Shown piece by piece: positions 49,000-62,311 of a stretch of DNA of 64,000 nt. Position numbers and translations under genes: made by a program. Position 1 is the stretch's first letter. Each line of letters begins with the position of its first letter. Source of the DNA: Kudoa neothunni (lineage: Eukaryota; Animalia; Cnidaria); contig OZ199838.1 in assembly GCA_964304625.1 (NCBI GenBank), positions 7,737,466 through 7,801,465 on the forward strand, written 5' to 3'. The notes beneath the pieces are model-generated. The model was given only the letters and a program-made list of their open reading frames with translations. It was not told the DNA's origin and did no database searches.

Positions 49000-51450
49000 T
49001 AATAACTCCTGCTTAATTTCGAAGCCACAGATTACAATTGAACGTGAATCGGACTGCAAACAAACTATTATACGATTATGAACTTATCCAAGACATAGCC
49101 TTGATCTATTAGTCAAAAAATATGTAGGAAAAATGAAGTTATTTTAACAAATATCGTTCAACGTTTTAATTTGATTAACCACACGAAAAAAGTTACATAA
49201 TCGATTTATGTAACTTATGTTTATAATTTGAATAACAATAGATCCTGTTTTTTGATGTAAAGCTATAACTCGCCATAATCTAAGATTATGCTAAAATTCT
49301 CCTAGTAATAATACTAGACCGTAAACCTTGCACAGCCCAAGAATTAAATCTGTACTCATCTTTTATCAATACAGGGAATTCGTTTGTAAACACTGGTGAA
49401 AATTTTCATATATTTGTAAGATGTTTTTTGTTATTTCGTTAATAAAAATGCATAATCACGCTGATTAAAATCTTGGGTTTGATAAGAAGTCTTCAAGAAT
49501 AATACACGTATTTGAAAAAATAGTAGAAAATTGGAAGAAGGCTGTAATTACATATTTATTCTTTTATAAGTTAATCCAGATAGTGATATTGCAAGTACTG
49601 TAGATGAGGTTAGGTCTATAGGTAGATCATTTTGAACAGATTTTATATCTTATGATATATTATCCTATAATATTGACAATAATTCACATTAGTAAATGGC
49701 TGTATGTATTTTACTATATTTGAAAAATAAAAAGTTGTAATCATTGATTGTAATCGAGGAAAATGATAAAAAACATAAAATCAGCTCTCTTTCCCAGATA
49801 TTAAAACATAAAAGGAAGTACTTATTACAATGAACCTTTAATCTTTCATATTCTAATACGATCCGATTTGATCAACAAATAATTAATAACTATTACAAAA
49901 ATAATCCTTGTAGTCACATTTATCGATTCTGCGGTAGAAACCATTACACTAATAGGAAGTTGACTAACCTGAACTGAGAAGAGTAATACTGTTGCTGGAC
50001 GCCAAGGTAAATATAGTATTTTTATATTATTTTTCGGCATTATCCAAACTTCATCACGAGAATCCTATTTTCAAATGCTTACATAGCTAACTTTTTTATA
50101 AATATCAACCTATTAGAATTCTTGTTTTCGGATTACAGGTGATTTTACTGCTGTAAAGTTGTTTTAATTAGTACAATGGTTATTTCTAATGTAAAAATTT
50201 AGGAAAGTTTATTATTTGATCATTAACAATATTGAGGATTTTCGATTGTTGACCACATTACGTTAAACCGAAAGTTAGACTAACTTATGTGTCTCAATAA
50301 ACATCTTGGAAGTTCAAAAATTCCCTCACTTTTTTAATGTTCCATCGCAGTATATCAGGAGAAATTATTGCTAGAGTGAAAAACAGACTTAGTTATTCGA
50401 GTGTAAAATTTTTATTCAAGGTTTGATTTATTACGAAGATAAATAAAGTTACTAATGAATTGTTAAATCATTGAAAATAATTTTATTTGAGAATAATGAT
50501 TTATTAATCCGTTTTTATCAATTTTTAAATCTCCGGTTGAATTGACTATATTAAATGTGGAACAAGTCTTATGCATTTTATTTGGATAAAAACTTCACAT
50601 GGAGCTTAATACTTTGATTATTACAGCAATAACTATTCTTGGTTACAATACTAAATTACTTTAGTAATTTTCAAGATATTCAAGAGACCCAATTTTATAA
50701 TTGTGGTAAAGCGGTCATTGCACTATAATTTACCGGCTTTAGATATTATACTTTATTTTAAATGGAAAATTAAATGAAAACTCATAGGTTGTTTAATTCG
50801 TCATAATTTTATCTCTATGGTCATTGCTTCATTAAACATTTTTATATAATCATTATTGTGTCTCGGCTGTAGCTGGGTAAAGTTAATGTTAGCAGTATAA
50901 CCGAATCCTGTTAGGGTTCGAAAATGTTGAACCACTAATAAACAAATTATCCGAATAATTTTTAACAAGTTTAGAGTTCATGACTATTTTAGCCTTCACA
51001 TGAAATCACACGATCATAATGTCACAATGTAATCCCAATATTGAAATTCCTCGTTTATAACGATATTTTGTAAACTAATGGTAGATTTAAAACGATTACA
51101 TGTCATCTTTCGATTTATAGTTGCTACATATTGTAATCGGGTTTGATTAAAATGAATTTTTTATTTTATTCACAACTTTGAAAATCCAAATGAATCTGTA
51201 CTAAAAAATTAATTAATATAATATATGAATTAGGGTTTTCTCTTCGAATATAACCAAAGTGATTTCATTGATTAATCATATTTGTGGCCATTGCACCTTA
51301 GAATATATTTACCTCATCCATGTATAGAGAATAACTTATCATTTTCTAGCTAATACCTCAATTCAATTATTGTTCACTTTTCTCGTAGGATTATACTTTC
51401 TAGCACAAATAACAAACAATAATAATTCTAGGTATGGATATCATCTTTCA
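49000..51450 (-). pseudogene. decayed multi-exon gene, possibly with fibronectin type III-like repeats
   Basis: Exon-like blocks bounded by AG/GT (e.g. DSRDEVWIMPKNNIKILYLPWRPATVLLFSVQ|gttagt; FNVMWSTIENP; LTFTQLQP) that contain in-frame stops. Boundaries approximate. Confidence 0.25.
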
Positions 51451-51900
51451 TATTAAATTTTTCTATATGGCTCAAGATTTTTTAAGGGTGATATTTCTTA
51501 CACTTTAATTGTAATGTTTCTCCTCTTAAAAAACAATTTATAATTGAAATCTGACGTCAAAACTTTTGTTGAGAGTATTATTTCGCAAAAATAATACAAT
51601 TGAAACAAAGCGATAACTGTCATGGGAATTCCACCATGGTTACTGCGGCCAAAAATGATGCATTCTAAGTAATTTTTCCAAGATAAATTCATCTTGTACA
51701 ACACACATACTTTTTGCGTGGTTCAAAAATTACAAATAAGGTATTATTTGAGTTCAGCTGAATTAATAAGTAGATAGACGGAATAAGTTTAAAAGTGGAT
51801 TGTTAGCTGTAACATAATTTACATATTGTTCAAAAACTTGCCGTATATCTGTGTCATAATTTATTCCCTTAGGAGAGTGAAGAAGTTTTCATAGTTAGTA

Positions 51901-53495
51901 ATGAGCGAAAATTTTGATGGACACAAGGATTTGCCAAGACCGGAAGGTTCAAATCTAGATGAAAACACCATCCAGCAACAATACACAATGCCGGCGGACC
52001 AGTATTCATTTCAACCGAGCAATTTTTCAATGTTTATGCCATCAAACGTATTTACCAACAGTGGCAATACATTCAATCCATCCTTAAATAATAATTTATC
52101 ATTAAACACACCATTATCAACATCAATCAATACAGGCATTGGTATGGGCGTTGACAACATTCTGCCCGGGATTTCTTTTGGTAATTATGTTACTGCCCTT
52201 GATCCTTCCATTACAGCTCACAGCCACCCAGCATCTGTTACGTCAGCTAACCCCTTCATATTGCCACAGGACAACAATAGCACAACCAACAACACGAATA
52301 ATCTCAGCGGAGGTAACCCATCAGAAAACCCCGGCACCACATACAACAGTAGTCGAATCAATAATTTTTTACTGTAGGCTGATTTCTATTAAAATTTAGG
52401 CAATGTTCATCCACATCAGCTAAATTACTGCAGTAATAGTAATAATACTACTGGTTCGGCCAATATCACATCAGAAGATTCCTCGTTCAGCAATCCTGAA
52501 GGGTGGAAAGCAAGATCAGGTGAAAGAGACGATATCCCAAACCCAAGGAAAGTAGTCGAGATATTGAGAGAACTTGAAAGGTCACAACAAGAAATGAATG
52601 CTCTCAGGGAAACATATGTTGCCTTGCCGAATGCTAAACGAGAGAGGAACAGAGTCGCATCAAGGTGATTTGATAATTATTGAGTAGATCGCTTGATGCG
52701 TTTGAGATCATAAAAAGTCATATGTTAAATATTAAACCACAACACATAAACTATAAATACATTTTATTGCGTCTAAACATATTTTTTATGTGCCTGATTA
52801 TTAAACATGAGAAATTAAATTGTATTATTACAAATTGAAAACTTAGCTAAACAAATAATGATGTATTTGTTAGGATCAAAACTGATTAAATGGAACGTTG
52901 CATTCGTTCATTCTAATATAATTTAATCTAGTTTAATTTATTTTTGAAGTGTAAATATTGATTAAAGCTAATAACAAATTCGATGTATCTAAGTTTATTC
53001 AACAGCAATCTATCATGAATTTCTTCATATATGTCTCATAGTATTAATTTTTATAAATGTTTTCAACTTAGGACTTGCAGACTCAAGAAAAAAGCAGTGT
53101 ATGAAATCAACAAAATTAAAGTTTTTCACCTAGACACGGAATATAGTAATTCCCATTGTATTAATAAACGTTTTTACATAAATTAAACTGTTAGGGGCAC
53201 TTTGTAATATAGTGAAGGAGATTTCAAGTTTTATTCTAGCTAATTGCTCTATACCATCCTATGGAAACTTTTATACCAATTTTTATCAAACAACAAAGAA
53301 GAAGTATTTACCAGGTATTAGCTAACACGCTTACAAATCTTAATTATTAAAATTCACATTAATTTTTCCATTTATACATTAGGAAGAATGGTTACAGGCA
53401 ACTTGGAAATGCTGATTGATGAAGTTTTAAGAAACTTTGCTTCTGGAGAAAACATAGATTACTATTCTTTGGCTAGTTCCAACAAAAAACTGTAA
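51901..53495 (+). CDS. CREBRF: CREB3 regulatory factor / REPTOR orthologue (bZIP), 5 coding exons, 339 aa
   Basis: Exons 51901-52348, 52400-52664, 53072-53145, 53195-53314 and 53383-53495 join in frame (introns 51, 407, 49, 68 bp). DIPNPRKVVEILREL..KRERNRVASRTCRLKKKAVYEINKIKVFHLDTEY matches the CREBRF [40 protein letters not shown] region. Confidence 0.9.
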
Positions 53496-54255
53496 TAAAC
53501 CACGACCTATTCACCTCCCATATTAAAGATGTACTATGACAATTTAATATTATTTTTTTCGGTTGAATAAATTCACCAATTGCCCCACTATGTGACGTTA
53601 CTACTATGTGTTTGATTAGATCCTACTATTAGGACCGCGCTTTTAATTTTTCCTCAAAAAATGACTACATCTAAGATTATCCTTCATCACATAAACTTGA
53701 TGTCACCAATTTTCTTCAAGCTTTGTAATATACGCATTTTAACGCATTAAAAGTCAACGTATTAATAAAAACAGTTAACATTATTTAATATTTGCATCAA
53801 ACGCTTTTAATCGTAGTTTATACGTATATTTAGATGAGTTCATTTATGAATATCCCTAAGTTAAAATCTATGTCTAATACATTCATCCAACCTATAATTA
53901 AATGAGTCCAGATTTACCACTTAAATTTTTTATATTTAAGGCCTACTCTATGAAATCAAATTAATCTACAAGCTGGTTCAAAAAACGCACCTACTGTTTA
54001 AAAATCTATTCGACCAAACATTTTTTAATTTCTTTCATTAAAATATTTTTATACGAAGGTGTTAAATTCATTAAAAATGCGTATCACACTTTTTTAGAAA
54101 CTTAAAGTAATTAAACTCACCATTTACTTCAGTCATAATAAACGTAAGTTTTTAAAACGATCTAATTTTATTTTAACTTAAAAGAAGTTTGCATCAAGTT
54201 GACTTATAAATGGTCAAACTTACTTATGAAATTAAAAAATCGCAATCATCATTAA

Positions 54256-55140
54256 CCCTCCGAGCAGCTCCGAATTGATTATACACCTAGCGTCCTTGAG
54301 GCCGAAAGAGACCCCGAGACAAAATTCTGTATAATCAACAAATTTCAATCCCTATAGTATTTTAATTAATCATATGATATTTTTAATATTTATTAACGTT
54401 CATTTTATGTTAAAATATGCGAAATAATATGTTGTATGATTAATTGTTCGGTTATTTTCTCAATCCTTGCAGTGAAAGTCGTTATTAATTTTCATTAATG
54501 TAATATTCTAATTAAAAAATATTATATAAAACGTAGGAAATTTATAATGATTTAAATTTAATAAAAATTATTTTGTTTACACTTTTTAAGTGATACATGA
54601 ATTTTCCATTCCTATATTCATTTTTTTGTCGCTATATTTGCGATTTCATAGAATATAAAAAAAATTTTTCTGAGCGAAATTCTTCGAAAATTTGTCGTTA
54701 TGTTTAAACACATAATCTACCTTTAGGAGAGTAATTTTTAATATGTCAAAGAAAACCGAAATAGAATGACAGAAAATAATTAATTAATGGATTTTTCTAT
54801 CTAATGCTGTTAGCGCATCGTAGGAAAATTTTAATATATGTGCTACAAGGTACATATTTTATCTCTCTTCCTCTCTTGCGTCAATATAATCAAAATAGAG
54901 AGACTGTTCGGCTTTTGTATATTCCTTCAGTGGCATAACTTGTCTAAAAATCTCCACAGAACTTATGAAGCATCCAAAACCTTTCTGGAGATTCGGTCTT
55001 CATTTTAAAATTGGCATGTATATCAGTATGCTAAGATACGAAATAAGATCATTCAAATCGAAATCATCATTAGAAGAATCATGGCGATAACGACCAAATT
55101 TATTGGCCGTGTGGATAATTGTAGATAACAATTGATCAGT
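54256..55140 (-). mobile_element. orphan piggyBac right end
   Basis: TTAA|CCCTCCGAGC with a degenerate palindrome GAGGCC-n5-GACCCC ~43 bp inside, the spacing seen in the right ends of copies A and B. The extent is uncertain. Confidence 0.4.
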
Positions 55141-56289
55141 GAGAAATAAGTTAAAACAAGATGATTACGAAGCCTGTGACACCCCCAAACACCCATTTGT
55201 GCATCTTTTTTATCGAAAATTTTTTTACGATTCTTAAAAAAAAATATGGAGAGCACAAATTCAGCTTCAAAAATTAACTTCTAAATTTTAGCCAAATCCC
55301 ACCTCGCGCGACATCGTCCCCGCGTGTAATCTTCCTTTTGTTTACAAAAACTTGCTAATTTCATTATTCCTCACATACTTTAACATATTGGTTATATATA
55401 CAAAATCACCTAAATTATTTGTTAAGATAATTATTTGACCAATAAGGGAGTTTAAGTGCTCTATATAATGGTGGTACATTTTACAAACTGAGCAGATCAA
55501 TTTGTTCATATCCAATCGGTGAAATATAAATCACATTGCGATTCATTATGTTAAAACAAGATGTTTAGTTTATAATTATTTTGTAAACTTATATTCACTG
55601 GATAAAGTTATATGACTTAATTACTTTGAAAATGTGATCATGAAAAATTAAAATATTGTTTAATTCTAAAATTTTGCGTTTTGATGTGTCCATTATCTTC
55701 GCAAAAAGTTATTAACTGTTATTTTTGTCATAACTTAATAAATATAATACAGAAATTGTCAACATATAAAATAAACGATTTTTAAGGTTATTTAGATAAA
55801 TCAAACAAAGATAATAATATATCACACATAATTTTCTAGACTAGTTTAATTGAGTAAATGTAACATTTTGTCGAGAATGTGAATATAGAATTATTTCAGT
55901 GCCGCAACCGAACTATATAATTTTTTGAATTTTTTGTCAAATAATTCTTTTCCGATTTCAAAACCTCCATGTTTGATAATTCTAAAGAAAAATTCTTCCG
56001 CTATAAAAAAATGTTCTGTGATATTTTTTAAAGACATTATTCAGCTGGCAGATTTTCTAACTGTGCACAACCACTTAATTATTTTTACATAAAAATTATT
56101 GATTTTTTTAAATTTTTCTTTAACTAAATTCAGAAAATATTGCGTTGAAAATATTAGTTTATCTAATGAATTCTTAAATAACTAACTTATTGTAATTGAA
56201 ATAGTTTATTTGCTCATTTATGTTAACATCGACTCTTTGAACATAGAAAAAAGACTAATATGAATATTTCCAAAAACAGATGTAAAATA

Positions 56290-56640
56290 ATCTAACTAAA
56301 ACAAAGATAAATTGTTTTTAAAATGTTGTTGAGAAGATATATTTTTTCGTCCATGATAAATTGGTATCATTCTTAAATAAGGTATTCCTCAAGGTATGAG
56401 AGTGATACCCTCCGTTTTATTCGATGAATTTTTATTTTTAGTCTCCCCAGCATCGTTCCATAGTATTTGTGTGGGAACCATTCTGCACGTATCCTCTCGA
56501 GTTGTTGACCCTTTTTGGATTTATCTTTTTGATTGAAGAAATTTTTTGAATTTTCACTGGGTGATTAGCAGAGTATTCCCAGTTTTTCCAACCATGTTGA
56601 AAATATTGACAATCTTTTCATTTTTATTGGTAATTAAAAT
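56290..56640 (-). pseudogene. Merlin transposase C-terminal remnant
   Basis: NGSHTNTMERCWGD*K and YLEEYL match the Merlin G.HTN.IE..W and YL.E motifs. Confidence 0.55.
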
Positions 56641-56909
56641 GGTTTCATTCGTACATCAAAGATATAATATTTAAAACTAATTTTTATGTTAAGTTTTGAG
56701 ACGGACCGCCTATACCAGCGTTCGAAAAAAGGTTTCATATTTGGGGGAATTAATTTTACGCCTATTGTTTTTAACAGCAGTAAATTGAGGTAAATTTTTA
56801 CTTAAGTTTGTGAAAGAATGGTCCACATTATTTGTGTCATACGCAGACTGTTTAGCTATTGACCTGATAACATTTCTGTTCCAATTTCTTGGAATCAAAC
56901 AATTAAAAT

Positions 56910-57590
56910 TACTGACAATTTTTTTCACAAGTTTAAACCTGACAAAATATTTAAGAGGCCGCAAGACAGCTCTAGTTGGAACTGTGAGAAAGTACCGTAA
57001 ATTTTTACCTACGTGCTTTCAACAGAATAAAAACGAAGTTGGATCTCAGTTTTTTTACCATGATAGAATCACACTTGTTAAGTTTTGTGAAAAGCCAAAT
57101 AAGTCTATTTTGCTTCTCAGTTCTCTACACAACGATAATAACATTGAGAAAGATAGGAAGCTCGAAATAGTACATTACTATGACCAAACTAAGACCGGAG
57201 TAGATGTTCTTGATCAACTTATTCGATTCTACACTGATGAGAATTCTGAGATGGCCACTTACGATATTCCATAATATTATTGACATTGCTGGTTATAATT
57301 CAATGGTTGTATATTTGAAAAAATATAATGAATTTAACTTATAATATAAAACCTATACAAGGTGCCAATATTTACAAAATTTAGTTGATGAAATTGTTGA
57401 AACATACAGTAGCGAAAGTAGTAATCGTTCGCTTATCGAACCATCAAATTGCTATAGAAAAGGTGAAAAAAAAGATGTCGGTTGTGCCCCTATATAGCAG
57501 ACATAAAAACTAAAACGATTTGTTCCAAATGTGGAAAAAAACGTTTGTCAACGACATTATTCAGTTTCATGTAAGAATTGTCATGGATTT
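56910..57590 (+). pseudogene. piggyBac transposase C-terminal fragment
   Basis: DNFFTSLNL, LVGTVRK, KPNKSILLLSSLH, YYDQTKTGVDVLDQ, RWPLTIFHN.IDIA.YN and RCRLCP..CSKC..VCQRH. Confidence 0.85.
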
Positions 57591-59282
57591 ATTATGTTTA
57601 TTATAAAATTAAAAATTCACACAACCAATTTTATTACAATCAAAATTATTTTTATTTTAATCGTAAGGTGTTACTATTTATTTAGCGCGAGAGAAATAGA
57701 CTTACGTGTAATCGATAAATATCAGATTGTCTAGCGTGGTTATCGTTATACTATTTATGAATAACAAAACTGTTATTCATAAAAGGGATAATCCGCAACA
57801 AAGGTTTGGATGATTTAAAATAAAAACTTGCAGAAAACTTTCTTAATTAATTATTATATCTTAAGGAAGTGTTGCGTAATAAATAAATTATTTTCTGTAC
57901 TCAAGAGAAGTAGGAGTAAGAGTTAATAATCAAGACAAATGTAATATATATTGATATGCATAAATTTCATAAAATTAATTAATATACTCAATAAAATATA
58001 ACTAAAAGTTTTTTATCATATTTATTAGTTGGGTCTTTCTTTGGAAAAATTATTAATGTTTCACTGGTAAAACTCTGACATTCTTGAATCGTAAATCGTC
58101 GTTTCAAGATCTATGACCGTAGATAACATTTGATAATTTCATTTTCTCAAAAAATTGTACATTTTGTTCAAATAAATTAGAGCGTCATTCATAGAAATAG
58201 TAAATTTTTTAAATGTTTGGTGGTTATTTGTAATTTTTATTCCATTATGAGACCTCATAATGTATACTTTTTTACCCATAATCTTATTTGAAGAGGATAG
58301 AGATTGTAAGTTAAAACAATTGAGAATTTTAGTTGTTCTGTTTCCCCAATCGATATTCTTTCATAATATGGCATTATATCCATCTTATCTTTCAAAGAAC
58401 GAAACTGCTTGGTTCTCTTAAAGTGCCCACGAGTCGTAAATGTGAGCCAATTCTTATTTACAGAGAATTAAAACAAAAACTAAGGTTTTAATAATTTATT
58501 ATGATTGATATGCTTTTATTCGATTCATTTTAATTAGTAACAGTATTGTGTAAGTCATTAAATCATGGCAGGTGCCCACAAGTGGATAGTGCGCACGAGT
58601 CGTCACTGACTGTATTTATAATGTGCGAAAATAAGAAATAATATAAAGCAGTTCTGAGAGTGATATCTTTTAAGTAGAGAGAAGATTCTTTAAAGTCATA
58701 TGAAAAAAAATCATTATGTAAGTAACTTAATAGATAGAGATTAAAAAAATTATTTATGTCAAACGTGTTCTCTTCCAAAAAATTTAATGAGAAATAAAAA
58801 TACTGTTATATTTAGTACATTTGTTATTTTCGCAACCATTATCGTAATAGATCAAACGGTGTATGTGAGGCTAAAACTTTGTGAGCCACCTGTCAGACTC
58901 ATTAAGGTAGGAGTCAGCCCCGATGGAAAAAACTTGAAGTAAAATTTTTACACCTAGCACGTAACCACAGAAGAAATCAAGTTTTTTTCAAGTGTACCGC
59001 CACAAGGTAAATTAGACCGCAATAGTAAATTAATATCAAAATTAATTTCTATATTTGCCAATGAAAAAATGCTGCAGTCTAAAATACAATAAGAAACGGG
59101 TACAATAATTACACTCAATTCCATACATTATACAAAAAAAGCATCTTCCTAACGTAATAAAATAAACCATTTTTATAAGATTATAACTCTGGATCATAAC
59201 TGTGACGTTAGAATTCTTACTGAAGAAGCGAATCGGCTTCGTGCAGTAATATTCGTAGAGGATGAGATGAAGGTTTTTTCTT

Positions 59283-62200
59283 GCCAGTGGCTATTTTACA
59301 GGCAATTAATATCTCTAAAACTAACCAGCCAAATTTACTGAAAATTTATATATTAACATAATACATAAAAATCAATAGATTTCTGAATTTATAAGCATAT
59401 ACACACTTGTTATATAGATGACCTTCAAATAAAGCGCGTGACTGAACATGAACATGTTTTTTAACTTTAGAACAGGTTTAATTACTAAATTATTTATTCA
59501 TAAATGTATTAAAATATTTTATAAATTTATAACGACAATTTTTCTTGATCGTACGCGTGTCCCACGTCAATTTGTGCGCTATAGCGATGAGTCACAATTT
59601 ATTTAGCGTCAGCATAAAGTTTAGTTCTTTTGAAGAATTAGAAAATTCTGTGAAGATTTATGAGAAGGAACCATATTCTAATTTGTACAAATATCAGGCA
59701 AGAACCTTCTTGAATATTACAGGCAGAATAACAAAATCAATTAATCTTCTTTTTCGGTACTACGAAATTACATATAGATGTATTTTCGGTGGTACTAATA
59801 GGCACAGACAAAAATAAAACAGCTATCAGAAACAACTGCCCTGTTAAAACCACGTTGAGAGTATCAGAGGATGGATTGTCGCTTGAACTGCGTTCCTCTT
59901 TATTTAACCACAACCATGAATGCAATTAAATTATTTTCAAAAATTTACTAAACCAAAGAAAAATTGATCTCAGAGATTATTCAACTTATTCATTTAGGTG
60001 CAAATAAAAAACTTATCCAGTCAAAGATTCAATCAGACAGGGGGGAAAACGTGAGATTAAAATCTCTTCACAATATGAAAACCAATCCCGATACTTCCGT
60101 AAACTCTTTAATTAAAATAGAGAGATTGTTAAAAAAATATTTTGGTTGCTTTGTAAGAATTTTATACAACGAGAATAAGATAGTCAATGGAATATTTTTC
60201 GCAGACCAAGCAAGATATGAAAAGGTTTTCAGGATTTTATCCTGAAGTCATGTTTGTTGATGCGACATACATACTTTTTAAGACGAGGTATTTATAAAAT
60301 AAATAGTCAACCTGGTTGTGAACTGTATTAAAATTAATTTTTTCGTGCACTCTTATATTTATCAGCAGTGGAAGATTCAACAGGACGAACGCACATTACA
60401 AGTGTTTGTGTTATGTACGGAGGAAATGAGCAGAACATCCAGTGGTATTGTAATGTTTTAAGTGAATCGCTGCCAACGTTAAAAAACAATCTGTTTTCGA
60501 TTACAACTGATAAAGATAAAAAACATCGAAAATGCCTGAGAAAAAGCTTTCTTAACATTTCATTAATCTTATGCAAGTTCCATGTTATGCAAAATTTTCA
60601 GAGTAATTACCACAAGTAAGTTTCCAATTATAGCATCAAAATGCCAAGAAATTCTGAAAATTTTGCTATCATTGATTTCTTCTAAAAATCTTGATGATTA
60701 TAAAAGGTACATTAAAGAGATTTATTCTTTGAATATAATTAAGTTAATCGAATATTTTAAGAAAAATTGGGAAGATATTTATGAAGAATAGATACCTGGT
60801 TTGGGTAATGCCAGGAACTTTTACAAAAACGATATTAACGAAGGATCGAGTCAATAAATCATAAATTAAAAAACGTGGTAAATAAATTTAGTACACTTGA
60901 AGAATTTATCCAGAAATCTTTCAAAATTCTATGATCCTTACGAATTGAAAGTGAAATAAAAATAATACCAGAATTGTACTCAAATACCAGTTTATCATTC
61001 GGCGGTAATAGCATCGAGGAGTACAATAATTATTTAACAAAGTATGCGTTCAATTTGGTCTTATCAGAGATAACAAAATTTAAATGTGGGCCTGTATTGT
61101 TAGATTATAAAATTGCGGCACCGGTAAGTTGCGCTTGCATATTCTATAAGTCATATTCAGTACCTTGTCATCATATAAAGGCGAAACGATCACATAATAA
61201 ATTATCATTATTCTCAGAGGAATTATGTAGTAAAAGGTGTAGCAAGGCGAACTGTATGAGATTTTTTCAGTCAGGTTCAATTGTCCAAAATGATGAAACA
61301 TCGAATGAAACAATCCTCGAAAGAAATATTAGACAACCAATTTTATCATTTTCAAAGTAATCAAAATACTCTACTACTTTCACATCAAAGTTAGCGTCTA
61401 CAACGTCAGAATTTTGCGGAGACTTCTTTGATAAGTCAGTTAATGCAATAAAATTATTAGAGAATATAATTACAAGCCATAGAGTTGAGCTTATTTATTC
61501 TTTCGTTGAAAGATATACCTTACATTAAACTTTTATATTATAATTGATTTTAGATGGAAAAATAATCAAAAACAGTGAAAATGTTGTATATTTGTCGATA
61601 AGAATATTGTTTTTATGTTATCTAAAATAGGAATTCGAAAAAGATAGCGAACTCGACTCAATACACCCCGTGAATTTTCAAAAGTTGCAACAGAGAATAC
61701 TGAAGAATTGATCCATTCCGAGAACAACGGATGCATTATGAATGAAATCGAATTCTCCTCTACCCTAAACCCTTCACTGATCAATGGTTATAAATAATAA
61801 TAATTTGTTTGGCTTAGCTTTAGAATTACCATCCAAAGTAAAATCTGCAGGATGTAACCTAACTGTGATTGGTGTCAGAAAGAGAAAACAACAAAAATAT
61901 ACTAAATAAAAATTTTACTTACATAATTAATCTCGTTTACAACATATTTATTCTTTCAAATAGACAAGATGGGCTTATTTATTAAGATAAACTACTGATA
62001 TTGCGCCGTTATTCGACAGCACTTTAGTTTCGCCAGTATAATTCGAATGCGAATTTTTAATATACTTTATTAAGAATATAAAAGCCTCTATTATTATTAT
62101 CGTTATTCTTTATCTATTCGGTAAACTAAATAATAATTGTTTATGTATTAAGATTTGAAGGCATTTATAAGGTCATCTATATAAAAAGTGTGTACATGTC

Positions 62201-62311
62201 TATAAATTTACAAATCAATTCCTCTTTATGGATTATGTTAATATATAAAATTTCATTAAATTTTATCGGTTAGTTTTAGAGATATTAACTGCCTGTGAAT
62301 TAGCCATTGCC
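59283..62311 (+). mobile_element. MULE with ~150-bp TIRs
   Basis: 59283-59430 is an inverted repeat of 62160-62311; perfect 9-bp TSD TTTTTTCTT. Confidence 0.93.
59587..61500 (+). pseudogene. MULE transposase (FAR1-like DBD, MULE DDE, SWIM finger), disrupted
   Basis: FSSFEELE, YRCIFGG, NCP..HNHE, YPEVMFVDATY, ITTDKD, LILCKFHV, YFKKNW and the SWIM finger CAC..YSVPCHH. Confidence 0.88.

Noticed and set aside
54256-57590. A single full piggyBac from the 54256 terminus to the 56910-57590 transposase fragment
   Set aside because: Palindrome spacing marks 54256 as a right end facing the opposite way, and no matching end was found after 57590.
22370-60800. Alternative genetic code: TAG appears where Trp is expected in several transposases (IEGL*S, KY*SC, KS*RE, YEE*IP)
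   Set aside because: The same genes also carry frameshifts. The host genes have no internal stops and RBM25 ends in TAG. G>A decay of TGG explains the pattern.
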